Positions 22,192 through 31,908 of a stretch of DNA of 64,000 nucleotides are shown here, in pieces. The stretch lies in contig BK006949.2 in the NCBI GenBank assembly GCA_000146045.2, forward strand, positions 128,001-192,000. The letters run 5' to 3'. Source of the DNA: TPA_inf: Saccharomyces. Lineage: Eukaryota. The notes beneath the pieces are model-generated. The model saw nothing but the letters and a program-made list of their open reading frames with translations, was not told the origin of the DNA and made no database searches. The position numbers were made by a program, and so were the translations under genes. The number at the start of each line of letters is the position of its first letter. Position 1 is the first letter of the stretch.

Positions 22192-22613
22192 TTCCGCTGT
22201 TTGATTTAAATAATTTAGCTTCAGAGTGATTTGGTCTTGAGAACCATGGTTAGATCGAAAACTAGGCGCTTCCACAAGTAAATGGATGCGTTGCCGCTAT
22301 AAATATATGTAGTATTGATTTTGTTACACCTGCTAAATAGGTTCTTACGATTGCCTTTTTCCTATAATATGCATAAATTATGTTGCCCTAAAAGAGTGAA
22401 ATAAACCTTATCTATCTTTTTTTTGTTCCTGGTTTTCAAAGTTGATTTTCGACAGACCCTAGTTAATTATAGGAAAAAGCCCTATTAGTCTTTTTCTTAT
22501 CATAGATGACATTTACTTATATTAGGCCAATCGCATACTCTGCATCCAACAAGCCTTCAACAGGTCGAAGTGAAACTACAGGACTTGGAAAATATCAGTT
22601 TTTATAAGCAATA

Positions 22614-23330
22614 ATGAAGTTCACCCCTAGCATAGTTATTGATGCTCCGCAATATTATGTTGATCATTTTAATGGCAAGTATAACGTGGATAAATGTGTT
22701 ATTTTAAGAGACCTGCAGCTAGAAACGGATTCAGAATCCATGCCATCCAGCTTAAAGCATTTGACCAAACCTACGCACATCTTGGATTTGACAAACAATG
22801 ACCTTATCATGATTCCAGATCTATCAAGAAGAGACGATATACATACATTACTGTTGGGCCGAAACAATATCGTTGAAGTAGACGGTCGCCTATTGCCTAT
22901 GAATGTACAGAACCTTACATTATCGAATAACAGCATAAGAAGGTTTGAAGATCTTCAAAGGTTGCGTAGAGCGCCCAGGACGTTGAAGAATCTAACTTTA
23001 ATAGGGAATCAAGTATGTCATTTAGCCAATTATAGAGAACATGTACTTCGATTAGTACCGCATTTAGAGACTTTAGACTTTCAAAACGTAACAGCTGAGG
23101 AAAGAAAGAGCGCAATGAGCTTTCCAAGGCAGGCGGACGGCGATACGTTGGGCCCAGTAAATACTGCAATAAGAGATAATGGATCCAGAGATAAAACGAT
23201 GGAGATCATGAATTTGGTGGTGAGTAAGATGACAGTAGAGAGAAGAAATGAATTGAAAAAGCAGTTAGCAGAAGCTACTTCTTTAGAAGAGATTGCCAGG
23301 CTGGAAAAACTACTCTCTGGTGGTGTTTAA
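22614..23330 (+). CDS. LEA1: Lea1, the U2 snRNP A' protein (leucine-rich repeat), 238 aa
   Basis: A 238-aa ORF with LRR motifs (LDLTNNDLIMIPDLS...LLLGRNNIVEV...LTLSNNSI). Confidence 0.85.
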   Translation: MKFTPSIVIDAPQYYVDHFNGKYNVDKCVILRDLQLETDSESMPSSLKHLTKPTHILDLTNNDLIMIPDLSRRDDIHTLLLGRNNIVEVDGRLLPMNVQNLTLSNNSIRRFEDLQRLRRAPRTLKNLTLIGNQVCHLANYREHVLRLVPHLETLDFQNVTAEERKSAMSFPRQADGDTLGPVNTAIRDNGSRDKTMEIMNLVVSKMTVERRNELKKQLAEATSLEEIARLEKLLSGGV

Positions 23331-23514
23331 TCTTTTGGTTAGTGCGACTGTTCAATGACTTAAAAAAAAAGAATTATAAATTATTCTGTGCCATTATATA
23401 ATAATATATAAAACGAAAACAAATAATGGTGCTCTATAAACATTAGAGGACAATGTCAATTTCAATGTCAATGCCTTAGAAATTAAAGTTGGTAAGAAAG
23501 AAGGAAAGGGCAAC

Positions 23515-25149
23515 CTAATTAGCTGCCGCTTCCGGTTGTACTTCAGGTTCGTTGCTCTGAGTGGTGCTGGATATTTCAGCCTTTTTACTAGCAGCTTCCT
23601 CCTCTTCCATTCTTTTTCTTTGCTTAATCTTCTTATTGCTCTCGGGCGCATCAGTAAGACCTGGGATACCCTTAGCTGTCAAGAATTCGAAGATACTCTT
23701 TTGCACAGCAGGTCCCGATTTATCGGCAGTTTCTTCTCCCTGTGCTCCAGTAACCTTGTTGAAACTATCAATATAACTAAAGAACGCATTAAAAACATTT
23801 TCGTCCACCTCTTCCTTGTAGATCTTATCGTAGATATGCTTCATTTTGAACTTATCCACTTCGTCTTGATATTTGGAAAAATCGATCGCCTTGTAACCAA
23901 ACTGTTCTAGTCTTTTATTATAACCTTCAAATACTGGAGCTTCTAACAATAATCCTAATGCAGGTGCCTTCGGAATATTAATCTTCTGCTGTCCGTAAGC
24001 CTGACTAATGCGTTCGACGGGGCAACCACAACGGGTAATTAAGGTTGCCATTGATACCATCTTACGAATTTGATGTAGCATGAAAGACTGGCCGTGAATC
24101 TTGATGGAAATCCATTCTGTTTGGGCATCGCCAATAACAAATGGATCAGATACTTTTATATCTTTCATAAATCGAATGGCACTTGGTTCTTTGAAGTCCT
24201 TGCCTAATGTAAAATTATGGAAGTTATGAGCGCCAAGGTATTGACTTGTAGAAGCACGGAATTTGGCCAGTTTTGCCGCGGATATACGATATCTTCTACG
24301 GTGAGCATTTTCTAATTGCTTGTACTTTTTTACCTTCTGGTATAGTTCTTCATTTATATCAAATTCATCTCTTGCGGGCGGAACATATGCTAATATAGCT
24401 TCGATTTCTTCTGTTGAAAATTTTTCATTCGCATCTTTTTTAAACTCTTCCCAAAATTCTTTGGATTCCAAATCTTCATCTAATACACCAGGTAATTCTG
24501 TTTTACTTTCTTCGATGTCTCTATAAAGTATAGAACCAGGTTTGGGGCCAATGAGTGAATAAGTTGGTAATAAGTATTCGTACCAACGTGAACTGCACAT
24601 TTTTCTACAATCAAACGCCTTGTTCACACGCTCGATATCCCATACCCTTATCCCTTCCGGTAACTTTTCGTTGATCTTCTGCTTGATATCAGGATCTTCA
24701 ATAATCATTTTCAATGATATTAAATTACCTCCAGCATGGACACCCTTATCAGTTCTTGCAGCTCTCATGAATCCATTCTTTTTCAAATCGTTGGAGTTGT
24801 CCTTGGAAATAGCACCTGCTTCAACAAATGCTTTGAATAGGGCAGACTCGATGGTTGGATTTGGTGGATTATATTGCATACCATGGTAGCCAGTACCACA
24901 GTAACCAACCATAACAGCCACCTTTCTCTTTGGGAGACGAGGCTCCTTGGGAAGTGGATTGCCATTTTCATCCAAACGAGGACCGCTTTTTGGTCTTTTA
25001 TCTATGTGTTTGTCATTATCCTTTTTTTTGTCCTTTTCATCGTCGAAGTCTGCCTTACGAGCTTTGGTCAATTTGCTCTGAGCGCCTCTCTTGTAGACAT
25101 CCTCATTAACTTGATCGTCATAGGCAGGCCTCAAATTCTCTTCAGACAT
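23515..25149 (-). CDS. PUS1: Pus1, a tRNA pseudouridine synthase (544 aa)
   Basis: The recalled Pus1 N-terminus is MSEENLRPAYDDQVNEDVYKRGAQ. The ORF track starts 4 codons further upstream (MISR). Confidence 0.85.
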   Translation of the reverse strand: MSEENLRPAYDDQVNEDVYKRGAQSKLTKARKADFDDEKDKKKDNDKHIDKRPKSGPRLDENGNPLPKEPRLPKRKVAVMVGYCGTGYHGMQYNPPNPTIESALFKAFVEAGAISKDNSNDLKKNGFMRAARTDKGVHAGGNLISLKMIIEDPDIKQKINEKLPEGIRVWDIERVNKAFDCRKMCSSRWYEYLLPTYSLIGPKPGSILYRDIEESKTELPGVLDEDLESKEFWEEFKKDANEKFSTEEIEAILAYVPPARDEFDINEELYQKVKKYKQLENAHRRRYRISAAKLAKFRASTSQYLGAHNFHNFTLGKDFKEPSAIRFMKDIKVSDPFVIGDAQTEWISIKIHGQSFMLHQIRKMVSMATLITRCGCPVERISQAYGQQKINIPKAPALGLLLEAPVFEGYNKRLEQFGYKAIDFSKYQDEVDKFKMKHIYDKIYKEEVDENVFNAFFSYIDSFNKVTGAQGEETADKSGPAVQKSIFEFLTAKGIPGLTDAPESNKKIKQRKRMEEEEAASKKAEISSTTQSNEPEVQPEAAAN

Positions 25150-25354
25150 CCTTGATATCACTTATAATTGTTATTTACTAGCACTTTATTGTCCTTTATT
25201 ATTTTTTTAGTACTTCTTGTATTTCAAATTTCTCGAACTATAGCGATGACTAAAAGTGAAAAATTTCAAAGCCAAAAGAAAAAAAAAAAAAGAAAATATT
25301 ATTTCAGCGGCTAATAGTTACCCGCATCAAAATAATATATCTCTGTACGGTAAT

Positions 25355-25379
25355 GAAAATTTTTGAAATATGCGATGAG
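25355..25379 (+). promoter_or_regulatory. RRPE (GAAAATTTTT) followed by PAC (GCGATGAG) in the divergent PUS1–NIP7 promoter
   Basis: The sequence reads tgaaaatttttgaaatatGCGATGAGc. It lies about 120–140 bp upstream of the NIP7 ATG and about 210 bp from the PUS1 ATG. Confidence 0.6.
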
Positions 25380-25494
25380 CTTAGAACTAAAGTAAGCAAT
25401 GTATTATTGAGGTAATTGACGGTTTAGTGATTGGATCGTATTCTAGATTTCCGAGTAGTAGAACCATTGAGGGAAACTATAGTTAGGTGCAATA

Positions 25495-26040
25495 ATGAGA
25501 CAGCTAACAGAAGAAGAGACCAAGGTTGTTTTCGAAAAACTCGCCGGCTATATTGGTAGAAATATTTCTTTTTTAGTGGATAATAAAGAACTTCCTCATG
25601 TCTTCAGATTACAAAAGGATAGAGTATATTACGTACCCGATCATGTTGCAAAATTGGCTACTAGTGTAGCAAGACCTAACTTGATGTCTCTGGGTATTTG
25701 TTTAGGTAAATTCACGAAAACTGGAAAATTCAGGTTACATATTACTTCTTTGACAGTATTGGCTAAGCATGCCAAATATAAGATATGGATTAAACCTAAT
25801 GGGGAGATGCCATTCTTATACGGTAATCATGTGTTAAAGGCACATGTGGGTAAAATGTCTGATGATATACCAGAACACGCCGGTGTTATTGTGTTTGCAA
25901 TGAATGATGTGCCATTAGGGTTCGGTGTCAGTGCGAAAAGTACTTCTGAGTCAAGAAACATGCAACCCACTGGTATAGTTGCTTTCAGACAAGCAGATAT
26001 TGGTGAGTATTTGAGAGATGAAGACACCTTGTTTACTTAG
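25495..26040 (+). CDS. NIP7: Nip7, a 60S ribosome biogenesis factor (181 aa, PUA domain)
   Basis: The 181-aa ORF MRQLTEEETKVVFEKLAGYIGRNISFLVD... matches Nip7. Confidence 0.9.
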   Translation: MRQLTEEETKVVFEKLAGYIGRNISFLVDNKELPHVFRLQKDRVYYVPDHVAKLATSVARPNLMSLGICLGKFTKTGKFRLHITSLTVLAKHAKYKIWIKPNGEMPFLYGNHVLKAHVGKMSDDIPEHAGVIVFAMNDVPLGFGVSAKSTSESRNMQPTGIVAFRQADIGEYLRDEDTLFT

Positions 26041-26289
26041 TGGGAAGGACTGATGATGAATTCCCGTGTACATTTCACTTACAGCTTGCGTTATCTCTCA
26101 CAATGTATTTTTTTCTGTATAATAAAGAATCATATAATTAGCGCTTAAAAGGAAAGAGTTGTTCGATAAAATGGGGAGCCTAACCCCTCGATGACCTTTC
26201 TTTTGAATTAGTCGAGTTCCATTTCATATACAATATTACATAACTTGACAACATTTGAGGATTACTAATGACAAAAATCTTTATACGCT

Positions 26290-28212
26290 CTATTTACGGC
26301 CCTTCTTCTTGTTCTTAGGCTTTTTATTAACAGTGGGCTTCCCTTTCTTTGATATGTCAAGGGCCTGTTCTGATTTTTTGTTCATAGCACCACCTTGAGT
26401 TTGTTTTGCACCTTGTTGTTTTTTCTTTGGCCTATAAGTAGACCTGTCTCTTAATGGCAGCCACCTTTCAGGATCAGGTAATTTGGAGGTGTCGCGACCT
26501 TGTAAAAATTTTTCGAGGCGTTTAATCTTTCTTTTCTTCTTTAGCTCTAAAACTTTTCTCTTTTGAACTTTGCTAACTGCGGTGTTTTTACTTCTCTTTG
26601 CTGACGATTCTAAGGGTTTCACACCAAGTTGAATTAATTTATCAATATCAATATCTCTCACTAGATCTATACCTTGTGCTATATCCAAAGAATCTGACGA
26701 AACAACTCTGTCAACAAGGACATCTGCATCGCCTTTACTAAAGTTTGAAATCTCTCTGAGTAAAGCCTTCGATTCTTTAGCATTACCCATGGACAATAAT
26801 TCAAACCCGACGTGTTTCCAAAATGGTATGTTTTCTTGGATTTTTCCGCTCAATTGGACTCTCACGGAGCCTAATTTTTTAAGCAGAACACTTTTGGAGT
26901 TGTTTCTTCCCTTAATCTTGTATAATTCAAATAAAATGTAACACACGATGGCTTGTGAATCGTTGAATTTTTCAAAGGACGATTTCCAGCTTTCATTTAA
27001 AAATAATTCTCCTATTCTGATAGCATTTTCCCATTCCTTCTCTATTATTAGCAATTGGATAGTCAGTAGTAATATTCCAATCGTACTTCCATCTGTTCCA
27101 CTTAAAATGGTTTTTGTAGTGTGGTGGTAAAGTTTCTTGGCCTGCGTCTTGTAGCTTTCCAAAGTAACATTGTCAACTAACTTAGAGTATTTATCGAACG
27201 TTCTTGATAAAAGGGACTCTTGAGAGTGAATTTTGACATTGTTGAACAAACGCAGGAAAAGTACATTGCGTTGAATGTTTGACCATTGTTCATGGGTGAA
27301 GGTTTGTAAATTAAAAGTGTTTAGTTTTTCTACGTTTAATTCCCTTAACAGTAAATTGAAGTTTGTATTGTATTTAGAGAAATCAACAAACGCATTTAGG
27401 TTATTTTGACAAATTAAAGAGAATGGAGAATCGGCTTTCAGTTCCTGCAATAAGCCCTTTAAGATTTCTTTACTTTGTGCAGTTTTCCCCACCATTTGCA
27501 AAACAAATGATAATTGCAATTTAATAGTATTAATATCGTTTTGATAGCCTTCATTCGTGGCTCCTTGAAGCGCTTTTTCTAATAGTTCGATAGCCTTGTC
27601 ATATTTACCTACGGATGCCATGATGAATGATTCATTGAATAATAAATCGTAGGAAGATTCATCCATAGGAGTAACTAAGGGTGATCTGTTCATTAACTCT
27701 GTCGCAACGGATAGCGGAACCCTTTCGTTACAAGAGAGTTCAATTTGACTATCCTGATCCTTCTCATTGTGACTTGCTAAATGTTGATATATTTTAAAAG
27801 CTTCTTGGTACAGCCCATTTTTATAACAATATTGAGCTCTCACATGTAGGATACCTCTAAGTGACTCGATATCCTTTTTTAGTACCGTATCGAGATCATC
27901 TGTGATAATTGCTGTGTACAATGTGTTGAATTCATCTGGCATATTCAATTTATAGAAAATGTACAATTTTTCTAGCGCAAATTTGCGACCGTACTTGTCA
28001 TCTATATGTTTGAATTTTTTTAAATAATGTAAAGCCTTTTGATACTTGTCCTGTTGGATAACAGCTACTAAGCAACGTCTAAATACATCCGCTGGATTCT
28101 CACATCCAGAATCCAATAGTTTCACGCAAGTCTGTTCGACCTGCGAATGCTCGTCTTGAGACAATTGAATGTTCAATTGAGAGAGCAAATTAGTTAAATT
28201 ATCTTTAGCCAT
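26290..28212 (-). CDS. SRP72: Srp72, signal recognition particle subunit (640 aa)
   Basis: The recalled start is [16 protein letters not shown]; the ORF track begins 6 codons upstream. The protein has TPR-like repeats and a Lys-rich C-terminus. Confidence 0.85.
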
Positions 28213-28489
28213 TTTTTTGCTTTCTTTCATTACTCTTATTATTGATCAGAACCAACTCAACAAAGTAAATCTGCTACTTTAATGCATAGCAATTTTCAGC
28301 TTGTTTTCCTCTTTTCTTTCGACAAAGGCGAAAGAAAAGAGGAAAAAATGAACAAGAAAATTTAATCAAATATCGCAATATACGATGCCGAAAAGAGTAA
28401 TGAAATATTAGAAATGGATACTTAGTATTATGTGATATGTGCGGGAGTGATTAATAGTGCCCTTCAAACGATTCTGTCATACTTTAATT

Positions 28490-29593
28490 CTATAACCGCT
28501 TATTTTCCCAAAAGGGCTTGTTTCTTAGTATCCAAGGATGCATTTTTACGTCTCCAAGGCGCATTCTATCTTTGGGGTCGTATTTTAGTAGTTTAAGTAT
28601 TAAATCTTGCGCATCCTGAGAAATGTTACTGGGCATTTTGATATCCAGTGCTGCTATCCTTTTATATGTAGTATCTTTCATTTCTTCTTCGAACGGAGGG
28701 GCACCGGTCAGTAGTTCAAACGCCAGGACGCCAAGAGCCCATGCATCTATAGTGTGATCATATTCCCTTGACTCCACCATTTCTGGAGAAAGGTAGTCAA
28801 TTGTCCCACAGACAGTTTTCCTTCTATTTTCTGGCGGATTTATTATACTCCATCCGAAGTCCGTTAACTTAATGACATTATTGAACCCTATTAGTATATT
28901 TTCAGGTTTAATATCTCTATGAATAATATTCTTTTTATGCATATAATCTAGGGCATTGGCAATTTGATAAATATAATCTGATGCTAAAATATCGTTGAAG
29001 GGTCCGTGTAACCTCAATAGTTTATACATTTCCCCATTGACTAAGTATTCCATTAGCAGGTACACTCTTTTTTCATCATGAAAATAGCCGTATGATTTAG
29101 TTAGATTCGGATGATTTAGCGATGTTTGTATTTCTACCTCCCTTCTGAATTGTTTCTGTAAATTATACTTTATTATTTCTTCCTTCTCCATTACTTTCAG
29201 TGCGCAAATATATCCTGTACTCCTGTGCCGAACGCAATAAACTTTACCGAATTTACCCTTTCCTAATTTCTTCCCCAGTTCAAAGTCATCGAGTGATAGG
29301 GATTTAAATTTAGGTAGCTTCTTATTTTCGTGTATCATTTTGGAAGAAGTCGCTTTCCTTATAGGTGATGGAATTTTGGAGCTTTCCATATCCAAAAACT
29401 TCTTATTGTTTACAGGTAATCTGTTCAATTTTTCTCTTACAGGTGAAGGTATTTTTGAATTCGGGTTTCTTTGCTGCGGCGAATGGGATATTCTCCATGG
29501 TTTATTGATCCTGGACGTATTTGGTCTTGTTGTGGTCTTTTTCGATGGCGAATTAGCGTTTAGTTTGATATTTACTAAACTATTGCGTTGCAT
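28490..29593 (-). CDS. IPL1: Ipl1, the Aurora B kinase (367 aa)
   Basis: A Ser/Thr kinase catalytic domain is present ([24 protein letters not shown]). The length of 367 aa matches. Confidence 0.9.
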
Positions 29594-29755
29594 TCCCTTT
29601 TTACTTCTTTCTTTTGTTGTATTTCAAAATCCCAGTTTTTTTTGCGCTAAGAATGATCTTGCTTTGTTTATGCATTCACTTGAGCAATTGCATCAGTTGG
29701 CCTTAGCTCAAGGTTTTTATAGAATGGTAAACAAATTAAGCGCTTTACAGGAAAA

Positions 29756-29761
29756 ACGCGT
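29756..29761. promoter_or_regulatory. MCB (MluI cell-cycle box) ACGCGT in the divergent IPL1–RKM1 promoter
   Basis: This palindromic hexamer is about 160 bp upstream of the ATG of IPL1, a mitotic kinase. It is a single occurrence. Confidence 0.35.
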
Positions 29762-29841
29762 GAAGTTAAACTTACTGTTCAATAAGCAATGCTGTATCGG
29801 AAAATGGAGCACAAAGGTTATAGATACAAGAGAAGACTATC

Positions 29842-31593
29842 ATGTCATCAGATGCGTTAAAAGCACTACTTCAGTGGGGTGCGTCATTTGGTGTAATAGT
29901 GCCAGAGGAACTCAAGTTTTTATATACCGATCTTAAGGGCATTATTTGCGTATGTGAAAAAGATATAGACAATCCCAGCATCAAGATTCCTCCCGAGATT
30001 GTCATTTCAAGGAATCTGCCCATGAAGTTTTTTGGGCTAAGTGAATCCACTAAGAATATCAACGGATGGCTGAAGTTGTTCTTCGCAAAAATAAAATTTG
30101 ATAGGGATAATGATACTATCGTGGACAATGTTCGTGTGAATGATAAATTTAAACCTTACTTGGATGCATTGCCTTCCCGCCTAAATTCGCCCTTGGTCTG
30201 GAACCCAAGCGAGTTGAAGCGTTTATCATCTACAAACATAGGGAATTCGATTCATGAAAAGTTCGAAGGTATATTTAAAGAGTGGTTTGAACTGGTCAGT
30301 TCTTCAGATATGTTTGACTTGGAAAGAGTGGCAGATGATGTGCAGACCTTCCATAATCTCGATGAGTTGACATATGAGGCTTTGTATGAGAAGATTTTGA
30401 AGATAACAGAACTTCAAAGACCAACTATCTGGTATTCTTTTCCTGCATTTTTATGGTCGCACCTTATATTCATTTCAAGAGCATTCCCTGAATATGTGCT
30501 AAACAGAAACTGTCCTGACAACTCTATTGTACTGCTTCCCATCGTCGATCTTCTAAATCATGACTACCGTTCCAAAGTCAAATGGTATCCTGAAAATGGG
30601 TGGTTCTGTTATGAAAAAATCGGTACCGCCTCCCAATCACGAGAACTATCAAATAATTATGGCGGTAAGGGAAATGAGGAGTTACTCTCTGGATATGGAT
30701 TTGTTTTAGAAGACAACATATTTGACTCAGTGGCTTTGAAAGTTAAATTGCCATTAGATGTGGTATCTACAATTCTTGAAACAGAACCTAGTTTGAAGCT
30801 GCCCTTACTTTCGGATTACACCACTTATGCTTTTGAAAACAAAGACTGTGTCCAGCAAGAAAAGAAGGCTACTCGTAGTGCTACAGACTACATCAATGGG
30901 GTGACTTACTTCATTAACATACAAAATGAACAATGTTTAGAACCATTACTGGATCTTTTTACCTACCTTTCTAAGGCCGAAGAGGAGGATCTACACGATT
31001 TGAGAGCCCGTTTGCAGGGTATACAAATGCTACGAAATGCATTGCAGAGCAAACTCAACAGCATTACTGGACCACCTGCAACTGATGACTCTTATGCAAT
31101 TGATCCTTACAGAGTCTATTGTGCTGACGTTTATACTAAAGGTCAAAAACAAATTTTAAAAGAGGCTTTAACGAGGTTGAAAAAACTAGAAAAAACAATG
31201 CTGTCAGAGAACAAGCACCAATTGCTAACCATGAGCAAAATTCTTAAGAATGACCCTGCTTTTGCAGAAACTGAATTACCTTCGCTGTTCAGCAACGAAG
31301 ATGGTGAAGAGGTCATCTTTGAATCTACTTATGATTTATTGATACTTTGGATTCTACTGAAAACGAAAAAGAATTCTTACCCCACCAAATATGAATGGGT
31401 TGGACAGCAGTATACTAATTTCAAGCAAACTGCATATATTTCAGATGATGCCAAGGCTTTCCATACTGCATACTTCGAGAAGCAAGACGATGTGGATTTG
31501 GCCGAAGTAGATCATGCGATTCAGTTTGTAGTAGACAATTCCTTTACCAGAACTTCATCTACAACCGAAGAGACTATTTTAGTACGTAAGTAG
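29842..31593 (+). CDS. RKM1: Rkm1, a SET-domain ribosomal protein lysine methyltransferase (583 aa)
   Basis: A 583-aa ORF lying divergent to IPL1. It matches YPL208W. Confidence 0.8.
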   Translation: MSSDALKALLQWGASFGVIVPEELKFLYTDLKGIICVCEKDIDNPSIKIPPEIVISRNLPMKFFGLSESTKNINGWLKLFFAKIKFDRDNDTIVDNVRVNDKFKPYLDALPSRLNSPLVWNPSELKRLSSTNIGNSIHEKFEGIFKEWFELVSSSDMFDLERVADDVQTFHNLDELTYEALYEKILKITELQRPTIWYSFPAFLWSHLIFISRAFPEYVLNRNCPDNSIVLLPIVDLLNHDYRSKVKWYPENGWFCYEKIGTASQSRELSNNYGGKGNEELLSGYGFVLEDNIFDSVALKVKLPLDVVSTILETEPSLKLPLLSDYTTYAFENKDCVQQEKKATRSATDYINGVTYFINIQNEQCLEPLLDLFTYLSKAEEEDLHDLRARLQGIQMLRNALQSKLNSITGPPATDDSYAIDPYRVYCADVYTKGQKQILKEALTRLKKLEKTMLSENKHQLLTMSKILKNDPAFAETELPSLFSNEDGEEVIFESTYDLLILWILLKTKKNSYPTKYEWVGQQYTNFKQTAYISDDAKAFHTAYFEKQDDVDLAEVDHAIQFVVDNSFTRTSSTTEETILVRK

Positions 31594-31908
31594 CTTTTCC
31601 TTATAGAATGTTAGAGTAGAGTACGTAATTACATCTGCACTTATTTAATAAATGCACTTACTAACAAACTGGGTTCTCATTGGTCAGAAGTGTCCCGGGT
31701 ATCCGAATATGGCTTCGATGAAATTTTTCGCCATGGAGCTGCGATGCCCGATATTTGTGTATAAAACATGGAAATGAGCTTATATAGTGACTACTCTGCA
31801 TTTTCGTTATTTCTAGAGCAGAGCTTAAGTTACCCATAGTTATTTCTATAGCTTGCCCTATCATCCATTTGATCAACAATAGGGAATAACTGTAACAGTA
31901 AGTAAATT

